Assembly: GCF_030684315.1 (NCBI RefSeq)
Contig: NC_081362.1
Span: 96,579,187-96,643,186 of the forward strand
Origin: Stegostoma tigrinum
Taxonomy: Eukaryota
Direction: 5' to 3'
Length of the DNA stretch: 64,000 nt
In this document: positions 38,967-50,900 of the stretch, one piece after another
How positions within the stretch are numbered: the stretch's first letter is position 1
Layout of the letters: every line of letters starts with the position of its first letter
Notes under the pieces: generated by a model
Seen by the model: the letters and a program-made list of their open reading frames with translations, nothing else
What the model was told of the DNA's origin: nothing
Databases searched by the model: none
Made by a program: the position numbers and the translations under genes

Positions 38967-41900
38967 CTGCAAAATATCAGAATCACACACACAATCACTT
39001 TAGTCTGACCAGTGTCTAACAACTTCAACAACATAATTCTGAGTTCCTCAGGATATTAACTCCCCTCCCTATCTCCAAAGCCTGTCCACTATCGATAAGG
39101 CACAAGTCAGGAGAGTGATGGACTGCTGGGTGAGTGCAGTTCCAACAACACTCAAGAAACCTAACACCAGCCGGGAGAAAGTAACCCACTTGACTGGAAC
39201 CACAGCCAAAAACATTCACTCCCTCCGCCACCAATGCTCAAAAACAGCAGTATGTATTACATACAAGATGCACTGCTGAAGCTCACCAAAGAAAATCAGA
39301 CAGGATGTTCCAAACCCACGACCTCCTCTATATAGAAGGACAAGGGCAACAGATACATGGGAACACCATCCCCTGCAGTTTCCCCACCAAATTACTCACT
39401 ATCCTGCCTTAGGAATACCTGGCCTTGATGACCATTCTGCCCCTCCACTGATAAAGCACAGCAGCTGTGTGCTCCCTTCCCTGTTCACACCGGCATTCCC
39501 TCCCATTGCCTTACCAGTTACATCAAGCTGGCTCCCTGTTCCATCGACGTAGCTCCACACACTGCAACGGAACACAGCAGTATCATTGACAGTCACATTC
39601 ACAAGTCTCAGAATGTAACTGTTCCTGCTGACATTCCTGGAAACGTGAACACGATCGTGGAAACTCTGGGCCTTGGCGAGGGTGCCATTCACAAACTGGC
39701 TTATCACCCACTCTCTGTTGCTGCCAGGTCGCTGGTAGTGCCAGTGGACATCAGTGTCATTCACACTGGCATTGTACATGGCACACTGGAACTCGACAGT
39801 TTCACCCTCTGGTACCTTGCTGGCCACTGGATACTGAATGAGGACTGGATCAGCCAATGGATCTGTTCATATTGAAGAGAAGAAATAATGTAAATTGAGC
39901 TGTAATATTTTCTAAAATCTCCTCCAGTTTCAATGATGATTTGTAGATTATGACCCATACCGGCTCTGCCTGCTATCACAGCTTCTTGTCCCTGAGCCAT
40001 GTCTCATCTCCAATTCCCTAATCCAAGGGATGTGAGCACCCTTTGGAGAAAGGTTTTCAGGAAACTTTCCCCTTCCCTGATTTGACACAATGTCTGCAGC
40101 TCAGGCTTCAGCTCCTCAACTCAAATCCGACATCCTCAAGCCTGAAATATTTACTCCAGATATAAAAACTGAAAGAACTGTGGGTGCTGTAAATCAGGAA
40201 CCAAACCAATATTGCTGGAAAAGCTCAGGCATATAAACTGATATTTTCCCAGCCATCATCAGTTCTGAGGAAGGGTCACCAGGCCCGAAACGTTAACTCT
40301 GTTTTTCCCTTCACAGATGCTGCCAGACCGGAGCGTTTCCAGCAAATCTGTTTTTGTTTACTCCAGATACGTTCCCTGGATGCCATTCTGTTAAACTCTC
40401 CGATCTCTGTTATTAATGATAAATACAGGCTGATGGAGCGACATTGAGAAACCATTACTGTGTGCATCCTTGGCATAGAACCCTTCACTACAAGAATAGA
40501 GTGTTAGATAATTACAGAATCACACCTTCTACCACCCAGGCTTCTCATGGGCAACATCCATTTGCCTGTTTGTTGTATTTAGTTACAGCGAGTTATAACA
40601 TAACAATACACAACAATTCCAGGCTAACTGAGAGCTGGAACATGTCACCTGAATTCCTGTGTTCCCATCAATTTTTGTCAAAATCATTGGATTCTCTAAA
40701 TCCTTCAGGGAAGGAAATCTGCCATCCTTATCTGGTCTGGCCTGTGTGTGACTCTAGATCCAGTGCAATGTGGTCTGTTCTGATTTCCCGCTGAAATAAC
40801 CAGCTCAGAGACACAGTTTGAAGGCAGTTCGCGATGCAGACCAAATTCTGGCCTTGCCAGAGATGCCCACATCCTATCCAAAAATAAGAAAAACTTCTCT
40901 GAGTCACTCTTCACCTGTCAATTAACTTGAGCGAAATAAAACCCAAAAGAACTGCGGATGCTGTAAATAAGGAACAAAAAACAAGTTGCTGGAAAAGCTC
41001 AGCAGGTCTAGCAGCATTGCTGAAGGAGAACAGTTGTGAATGGGGATTATTAATGATGAACAACAGGTGGTGTGCAATGGCAGGCTCTATTCTGCTCGCA
41101 AAAAAGATCTTGAACTACCTGTGACCTGCCACTTCAATGCACCACCCTGCTCCACGGCCAACATCTCTGTCTCTGGCTTGCTGCAGTGGTTCCAGTGAAA
41201 CCCAACATAAGCTGGAGGAACAATACCTCATTATCTGCTTGGGTACCCTATAGCCCTCCGGACTCAACATTGAGTTCAATAATGTTCAGGCTTAAACTCT
41301 CCAATGTCCTAGTCCCCCCGCCCCACACACATAATCTGCCATTACACACCTTCTATTATTAATCACTCACAATCCCCAAGAACAACTATGCACCTTCCCA
41401 GCCTGATTGCTATCAACCCCCTTGTCTGTCCGACTGTCTTTCTCTGTCTTTGGGCTCTATCCTGTTGTTTACTCCCTACCCCATCCACCTCCCTATTTTC
41501 CGCATATAAACTGATGTTTTCCGATTCACCATCAGTTCTGAGGAAGGGTCACCGGACCCAAAATGTTAACTCTGTTTTCTCCTTCATCAATTAACTTCAG
41601 CAGACTGACGGTACCATGGCTTTGAGAGGTTTCATGCGTCGTGTTTTGTTTTTTGAAGAGAGGTTTGAAGACGAAGGTTTGTTTGTTTGAATGCAATAAA
41701 TTAAACAGCTTGTGAGGTCTTGAGTATTTTTTTAAAGTTGGAACAATAGAACCAGCCTGAATGGGTGGGGTCAAGCTGCCACAAGACCAAACGTTTTAGT
41801 TTTAGTTTTTCAGTAGTAGTTGCTGCTGGGTCTTAAAGTCAGGGATGACAAACTGCAGTTTATCTCTCCCTCCCACTATCTCTCTCTTTCTCTCAGAATT

Positions 41901-44900
41901 TTCTCATGATGCTTTTTCACCTGGACTGGAGCATCACATGTGAGGACACAAGCCATTTCAATGAATTTGTCTTTACCAAGGCTGTGTTTATGGGATGTTA
42001 CTGTATTGGAACAGTTACTGTTTAGTAGTTTAAATAATTTATTACTTTGTTATATTTCCCAATAGAGTTAAGCTGTCCCAACTTCTTCATTTTTCTCTTT
42101 GAACTGTCATGTATGAATGAAGTGTTTTGCTTCAAACATGGAGGTTTGACCAATCGAGTGGCATCTAGAACACAACACTTAGCATTTGCCTTTTAAATAA
42201 GAAAATGTTCGGATCTAGCTATCTTCTTAGTATATTTTGAGGGGTTTGGTCTGGTCCATAACAGCAGCATAATAAAAACTATGGCTACAACAGCAGGTTG
42301 AGGTGAGGAGCTTTGAGGAACTCTGAGTTCCACAGCCTGCCTCGCATCTAATTACAAAGCAGAAATCGGGAGTATGATGGAACCACTTGTCTGGGTGAGT
42401 TCAGCTCCAACACTCAAGAAACCTCTCACCACACAAGACAAAGCAGCCACTTGATTGGCACTCCATATAACATCTTCAACATTTCCTTCCTTTAACACTG
42501 ATTCGTGGGTGTACCATCTACATGATGTCCTGCAAGTACTCACCAAAGTTCTTCCAACAGTAATGTTTGAACTTACAATCTCTACCATCTGAAATGACTG
42601 AGAAGAAATGAGATGGAGAAGCAGAAAGACAGAGATATGAGAAAGAGTTTGAGATTGAAGAACTGGTCCAAGAGAAGAAACAGTTTATTCTATCAGTGAA
42701 TAATACAAGAGAAAGTAACAGCTCTGTGCTTATATTGACCTCCCTGCTTTCACTTTACCAGAGGAACTTGACATTTCCTCAATTCCAATTAATCCAAGTG
42801 GAAGCGATTACTGGGTTAGATTGTGGTAAGATAAACAGGACATACCCATTACAGTCAGCTGGGATCCATTCCCACTGATATCTCCCCACACATTACAATA
42901 ATAGACCCCAGTGTCACTGGGCTGCACGTTTGTGATGGTCAATATGAAGCTGTTATTGGAAGGGTCTCTGGAAGACTGGAATCGCTCAATGAATCCTGGG
43001 CTCCATTGTGTGATGTTCCTTACGTCATCTGTTAAAATCCACTCCATGCTATTTCCTGGTTGCTCCCGATGCCAGTGAACATCAGTGTGTGTCACTGCAG
43101 CCTTCCTCATGGTGCACTGTAGCTGAGCACTGTGACCCTCAGTGGCACGTTCTAGGCTCGGAGACTGGAGAAGGACTGGGACATTTTCACCTTTAGGGCA
43201 AAAAGGGTGAATAAATTAACACTAGTCTGAACTTGAAGAACAGTTCACAGTCATAAATAAAGAACAGATTGTAAATATGAATCAGAGGTTAATTACTCAA
43301 AATAAACAAGAGATTTTGGACCATCAGGCCACCAAATAAAGGGGCGGAATTAGACCATTCAACCTCTCAAGTCTGATTTGCTATCCAACAGGGGATCATT
43401 GTTTCTCAACTCCATTCTCCTGCCTTGTCCCTGAAATACTTGATACCCTAACTGATCAAGAAGCTTTCAATCTCTCTCTTCAATACACCTAATGAATTGG
43501 CCTCCACTGATTTCTGTGGCTATAAGTTTCAGAGATTCACCACCTTCTGGCTGAAGAAATTCCTCCTTATCTCAAATATAAAGGGTTACCCCTTCACACT
43601 GAGACTGTGCTCTCAGGCCACGGTCTCTCCTACATGTGGGAATATATTCTCCATGACAACTCTATCCAGGCCTCCCAGTATTCTGTTGGTTTCAATCAGA
43701 TCACACCTTAGCCTTCTGAACTCCATCCAACATAGAATCAGAGTCCTCAACTGCTCTTCATGTGACATTCCCTTCATCCCCCGGTCATCAATGTGAACAG
43801 AGAAACATAGAAGATGGGAGGAGGCCATTTGGCCCTTTGTGCCTGTTCTGCCATTCATCATAATCATGGCAGATCATCCAACTCAATAGCCTAATCTTGC
43901 TTTCACCCCACAACCTTTTATCCTGATCACCGCAAGTGCTCTATCTAGTCGCCTCTGGAATACATTCAATGTTTTTACATCAACTACTTCAGGCTCACCA
44001 TTCTTTGGGTGAAGGAATGTATCCTCATCTCTGTTCTAAATGGTCTATCCCAAATCCTCATACTGTAACCCCTGGTTCTGGACATGCCCAACATTGGAAA
44101 CACCTTCCCTGCATCTATCCTGTCCAGTCCTATCAGAATGTTAAAAGTCTCTTTGAGATACCCCGTCATTCATCTGAGATCCAGCAAAAACAATCCTAAA
44201 CTAGTCAGTAGCTCCTCATACATCAGACCCACCATCCCCGGAACCAGCCTAGTAAACCTTCGCTGCACTCCCTCAACAGCAAGAGCATTCTTCCACAGTA
44301 AACTGGACACAATATTCCAGGTGTGGTCTCCCCAAGGCCCTGTACATTTGCAATAACACATCCTTGCTCCTAATACCATAAGACATAAGAGTGGAAGTAA
44401 GGCCATTCAGTCCATCGGGTCCACTATGCCATGGCTGATGGGCATTTCAACTCCACTTCCCTGCAGTCTCCCCACAGCTCTTGATTAATTGTGCGATCAA
44501 GAATTTATCAATCTCTGCCTTGAAAACATTTAACGTCCCGGCCTCCACTGCGCTCCGTGGCAATGAATTCCACAGGCCCACCACTCTCTGGCTGAAGAAA
44601 TGTCTCCTCATTTCCATTTTAAATTTATCCCCTCTACTTCTAAGGCTGTGCCCATGGGTCCTAGTCTCCCTGCCTAACAGAAAGAACATCCCAGCATCTG
44701 CCCTTTCTAAGCCATGCATTATCCTGCACTTGAAATCTCTCGCAATGCCAACAAACCGCTTGCCATCTCTGGACCCACTCCACCGTCAGCACATCCTTCC
44801 TTAAAGCCTATTGTTAGAAATAAAGCCACATAAAATCATTGAAAAAAAAATCTTTTAATAAATTCAGACCACTTGAGGTTCTCAGAATTCAGCCTCAAAA

Positions 44901-47900
44901 GTAAAGCTATTTCCTTCAATGTTCAAATCAAGGAGGCAAGTCGGGTTCATAGAGGTATGCCCATGGGAAAAGGAGTCAATCTAAAAGGTTTGGGATTTCT
45001 GTTACCAGAATCAATTTTCAAAAATGCAGCTGAAAAGAATGAAGACAAAGAGAATTCGGCTGATATGTTCACAATATCTTCTTGAACATAAATATAAGAA
45101 ACTGGATCCTGCATTGGTACAGTTTTATAAAACAGCCTCCTCAGAATTGGAATCACAAGCAGTCCCAGAGTGTTATTACTTGAAAGACAAAGTATTAATG
45201 ATGAAATGAAGCCTGCCCAAGTACCAGGAGTTGAGGAACGGACAGAGGTCCACCAGGTCATAGAATCGTAGAATCCCTACAGTGTGGAAACAGGCACTTC
45301 GGCCCAATGAGTCCACACTGACTCTCAGAACATCCCACCCAGCCGCATTCCCGCATTCACCTAATCTATCCATCCCTGAACACTACGGGGAACAGCGTGG
45401 CCAATCCACCTAACCTGCACATGTTTGGACTGTGGGAGGAAATCGGACGAAACCCACACACACACTGGGAGTATGTGCAAACTCCACACAAGCAATTTCC
45501 TGAGGGTGGAATCAAAACCAGGTTCGAGGTGCTGTGAGGCAGCAGTGCTAACCGCTGTGCCACCTTGCCACCATGTAAATTGCTCAACCCGAGGATCAGA
45601 ATAAAATATTACAAATTAGTTCATGAAATTACAACGGCAAACATTTACAGATAAGCAGCAAACAATCTAAAATATTGCAACATTTTTCTTGGTCAGGATT
45701 ATGTAAAGATGTTAAATTTTACCAGACAAGCTGGTCCATATCAGGACTTAGGGGATCCCCAAACCTGAATTAAAACTTCACCTTTGATTCTGATCACAGC
45801 TTTTGAAGAACCACTTAACAGGGTCTGCGTAGGAGCCAAATCTAAAACCAGGAATGGAAACCAATGGGTCACTGCAGTGGCGCAAGAAAGCTGTTCACTG
45901 CCACCTTCTCAAGCGCAATAAGGGTGGGCAATAAATGCTGGCCAAGCTGACACCCACATCTCACAAAGCAAATGAAACAATTGCTGAACTTGAGCTCAGC
46001 TTCCTCCCCACAGTGAATCCATCCCTGAAATCACTGTCCATCACCTCCTCAATCGACTTGATCACAAATATTTTTAAAAAGCTATTTTTAAAGAAAATAG
46101 CTTTACTTTTTAGACTAAATTCTGAGCACCTCAAGTGGTCCGAATTTATTAAAAGATTTTTTTTCAATGATTTTATGTGGCTTTATTTCTAACAATAGGC
46201 TTTAAGGAAGGATGTGCTGACGGTGGAGTGGGTCCAGAGAAGGTAAGCGGGATGTTGGCATTGCGAGAAATTTCATTCATTGGGCTAGCAGTTTTTGCTG
46301 GAGGATGTTATCTCTACTTACTGGTGATATTTAGCAGGATTCCTCTCCCATAGATCCGTCCCTGCACTGAGCAGTAATAGACCCCAGTGTCACTGGGCTG
46401 TACATTTGTGATTGTCAGAATGAAGCTGTTATGGGAAGAATCTCTGGAAGGCTGGAATCGCTCAGTGAATCCTGGGCTCCATTGTGTGGAGCCACTTCTC
46501 GGATGTGTTAAAATCTGCTTCATAATTTGGTTCAGAGACAGCCAGTACCAATGGACATCGATATGTATCACTGCAGCATTCCTCATGGTGCACTGTAACT
46601 GGGCAGTTTGACCTTCGGTGGCATGTTCCAGCCTCGGAGATTGGAGAAGGGCCAGGCCAGTGATACCTTCCAAGGAAAAGATAATAATAATAAGTTTATT
46701 TCCATAAGAGCAGATCCTCCATATTGCTGCATTGAAAGGATCTGACAGGGTAGTAGGAGTTTTCAGTTAAACAGAAAGAACACACTGTTACACTAAATTA
46801 TTGAGCTACATCTGTGACTGATTCAGATAAAATAAAAGCCATGACAGAAGTTAAATAAATAATATGATGCCAAATCATACTTCTTAACTCCCTTCAGAAT
46901 CTCATCACCATTCTAGATGTGCCATTTTCTAGAAGAACAAGGGCAGCAGATACATAGGAACACTATCCCCAACAAGTTCCACTCCCCCAAGCCACTTCCC
47001 ATCCTGACTTGAAAATATATCACTATTCTTTCTCTGTCACTCAGTCAAAATCCTAGAACTTCCTCCCTAAGAGCATTGTGGGTAAACCCACAGCACATGG
47101 GCTGCAGGAGTAAAGAACATAGAACTTCACAGCACAGTACAGGTCCTTCGGCCCTCGATGTTGTGCCGACCTGTCATACCGATCTCAAGCCCATCTAACC
47201 TACACTATTCCATGTACGTCCGTATGCTTATCCAATGGCGACTTAAATGTACCTAAAGTTGGTGAATCTACTACCGTTGCAGGCAAAGCGTTCCATTCCC
47301 TTACTACTCTCTGAGTAAAGAAACCACCTCTGACATCTGTCCTACATCTTTCACCCCTCAATTTAAAGCTATGCCCCCTCGTGCTCACTGTCACCATCCT
47401 AGGAAAAAGGCTCTCCCTATCCACCCTATCTACCCCTCTGATTATTTTATATGTTTCAATTAAGTCACCTCTCAACCTTCTTCTCTCTAATGAAAACAGC
47501 CTCAAGTCCCTCAGCCTTTCCTCGTAAGACCTTCCCTCCATACCAGGCAACATCCGAGTAATTCTCCTCTGCACCCTTTCCAAAGCTTCCACATCCTTCT
47601 TATAATGCCAGAACTGTACACAATACTTCAAGTGCGGCCGCACCAGAGTTTTGTACAGCTTCACCATAACCTCTTGGTTCCAGAACTCGATCCCTCTATT
47701 AATAAAAGCTAAAACACTGTATGCCTTCTTAACAGCCCTGTCAGCCTGGGTGGCAACTTTCAAGGATCTGTGTCCATGGACACCAAGATCTCTCTGCTCA
47801 TCTACACTACCAAGAATCTTACCATTAGCCCAGTACTTTACCTTCTGGTTACTCCTACCAAAGTGCATCACCTCACACTTGTCTGCATTGAACTCCATTT

Positions 47901-50900
47901 GCCACCTCTCAGCCCAGCTCTGCAGCTTATCTATGTCTCTCTGCAACCTACAGCATCCTTCGTCACTATCCACAACTCCACCGACCTTAGTGTCGTCTGC
48001 AAACTTACTAACCCATCCTTCTACGCCCTCATCCAGGTCATTTATAAAAATGACAAACAGCAGTGGACCCAACACCAACCCTTGCGGTACACCACTAGTA
48101 ACTGGCAGCTCCCTCCCAGTAATAGCAGCAATAATAATAACGGAGATAGTGAAGATGGTGATGGTGATGGTGATGACGATGATGCTGATAGTGATGGTGA
48201 TGACGATGGTATCAGTAGAACATTTAGAAATATAAAATATGATCCAACAGAATCATAATGATATCATTAAGGATAAATAATGTCACAGAAATTGACTGGG
48301 ATTTTTTGATGAGGTAAGAAGCAGGATAGATAAAGGGAATCCAGTCAATGTAAAGCATTTGGATTTTCAAAATGTTTTTGATAAGGCACCACACATTAGG
48401 CTACTGAATAAGTTGAGATTCCTTGGTGTTGCAGGTAGTATGGATAGACAAGTGGCGAACTAAACGATGACAGAGGGTTGGGATAAAGGTGGCATTTTTA
48501 GGATAGTAACCCATAATTTGTGACCTGCCACAGGGCTCAGTGCTGGGACCACAATTATTGACAATATATATCAATGACTTGATAAGGTTAGTGAGTCTAT
48601 GGCAGCCAAGTTTGTAAATGGCACAAAAATAAATGGGAAGGCAAGAAGTGAGAATGACGCAAAGAGTCTCCATGGAGTGGGAGTAGTGGGTGTTGATGAG
48701 GATAGAGTAGTGGGTGTTGTCTGCACAGTTGTTACTGAAACATTTGACAACGCCTCTAATGTTGGGCTGATTAAGTCACATGGGATTCATGGTAAGTTGA
48801 ATATAAGATAACAAAGTGTGGGGCTGGATGAACACAGCAGGCCAAGCAGCATCTTCGGAGCATAAAAGCTGACGTTTCGGGCCTAGACCCTTCATCAGAT
48901 GCTGCTGCTTGACCTGCTATGTTCATCCAGCCCCACACTTTGTTATCTTGGATTCTCCAGCCACTGCAGTTCTCATTATCTCTAAGTTGAATATAAAATT
49001 GGCTTGGTGAAAGAAGACAGATGGGTGTTTTCCTATCTGGAGGTCTGTGACCAGTGGTGTTCCACAAGGACAAGTACTGGGGCATCTAATGTTTGTCATA
49101 TACAGAAATAATTTGGATGAATATGCAGGTGGAATGATTATTAACCTGCAGACTATATGAAAATCGGTAGAGTTGTGGATCATGAGGAAATTTGTCAAAG
49201 GATGCAGCAGGATATTGCTTCTTTGGAATGTTGGGCAGAGAAATAAAACATGGAGTTTAATGTGGCCGAGTGTGAGGTGATGCAGTTTGAGAGGTCAAAT
49301 GTAAGAGGAAAGTATACAGTAAATGGCAGGATCCTTCGGGCATTGATATACAGAGAGGCCTTAGGATGCAACTCCAGAGATACTTGAAAGTGGCAAATAA
49401 GTGGATAACATGGTAAAGAAGGCATACGGCATGCCTGCCTTCATTGGTTGGGGCATTGAAAGCTGGCGAGTCATGATGCAGCTGCATAAAAGTTTTGTTT
49501 AACTACATTTGGAACGCAGTGTGAAGTTCTGGTTGTCAAAGTACAGGAAGGATATGGAGGTTTTGGAGAGGGTGCAAAAGATGTTTACCAGGATGTTGGC
49601 TGAATTGAAGTGTATTAGTCTATAAGGAGAGGGTGGACAAACTCAGATTGTTTCTGCTAGAGCATTGGAGACCAACGGATGATCTGATGGAAGTTTATAA
49701 AAGTATTTTAGCATGGGCAGTCAAAGTCTTTATTTACATTGTAGAAATATCATACACAGGGGGCATACGTTTAAGGTGAGATGGGAAATGCTTAAAGGAG
49801 ATAGGCAAGGCAAATGTTTTACACAGAGGAATGTGCTGCGAAGGTGGAACATAGAACATATATAGAACATAGAACATTACAACACAGTACAGGCCCTTCG
49901 GCCTGCCGACCTGTCATACCGATCTCAAGCCCATCTAACCTACACTATTCCATGTACGTCCATATACTTGTCCAATGACGACTTAAATGTACCTAAAGTT
50001 GTCGAATCTACTACCGTTGCAGGCAAAGCATTCCATTCCCTTACGACTCTCTGAGTAAAGAAACTACCTCTGACATCTGTCCTATATCTTTCACCCCTCA
50101 ATTTAAAGCTATGCCCCCTCGTGCTCGCCGTCACCATCCTCGGAAAAAGGGTCTCCCTATCCACCCTATCTAACCCTCTGATTATTTTTTATGTTTCAAT
50201 TAAGTCAGCTCTCAACCTTCTTCTCACTAATGAAAACAGCCTCAAGTCCCTCAGCCTTTCCTCGTAAGACCTTCCCTCCATACCAGGCAACATCCTAGTA
50301 AATCTCCTCTGCACCTTTTTCAAAGCTTCCACATCCTTCTTATAATGCGGTGACCAGAACTGTACACAATACTCCAAGTGCGGCCGCACCAGAGTTTTGC
50401 ACAGCTTCACCACAACCTCATGGTTCCGGAACTCGATCCCTCTATTAATAAAAGCTAAAACATTGTATGCCTTCTTAACAGCCCTGTCAACCTGGGTGGC
50501 AACTTTCAAGGATCTGTGCACATGGACACCGAGATCTCTCTGCTCATCTACACTACTAAGAATCTTACCATTAGCCCTGTACTTTGCCTTCCGGTTACTC
50601 CTACCAAAGTGCATCACCTCACACTTGTAGGTGGTAGAAGAGATAAGTTGGCAATGCTTAAGAAGCATTTAGACACAGCCATGAACAGGCTGAGAATAGA
50701 GGGATATGGGCAATGTGTAGGCTGATGGGATGAGTTTAGAATGGCAGCATATTTGGCATAGATATGGTGGGCTGAGGGCCCTTTTATAATTTATTCATGG
50801 ATGAGGACTTCCCTAGTTCTGCCAGCACTTAATGCCCAGAGAGCAGTTAAGTCACAACCGAAGTCGAGAGGCTCTGGAGTCACATGTAGGCTAGATCAGG

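Noticed and set aside
46009-46015. CACAGTG heptamer near V3 (also 51573-51579 near V2) as a possible RSS
   Set aside because: No ACAAAAACC-like nonamer at 12 or 23 bp. It lies 100-300 bp into the intron, not at a coding end, and the V1 copy reads GACAGTG.
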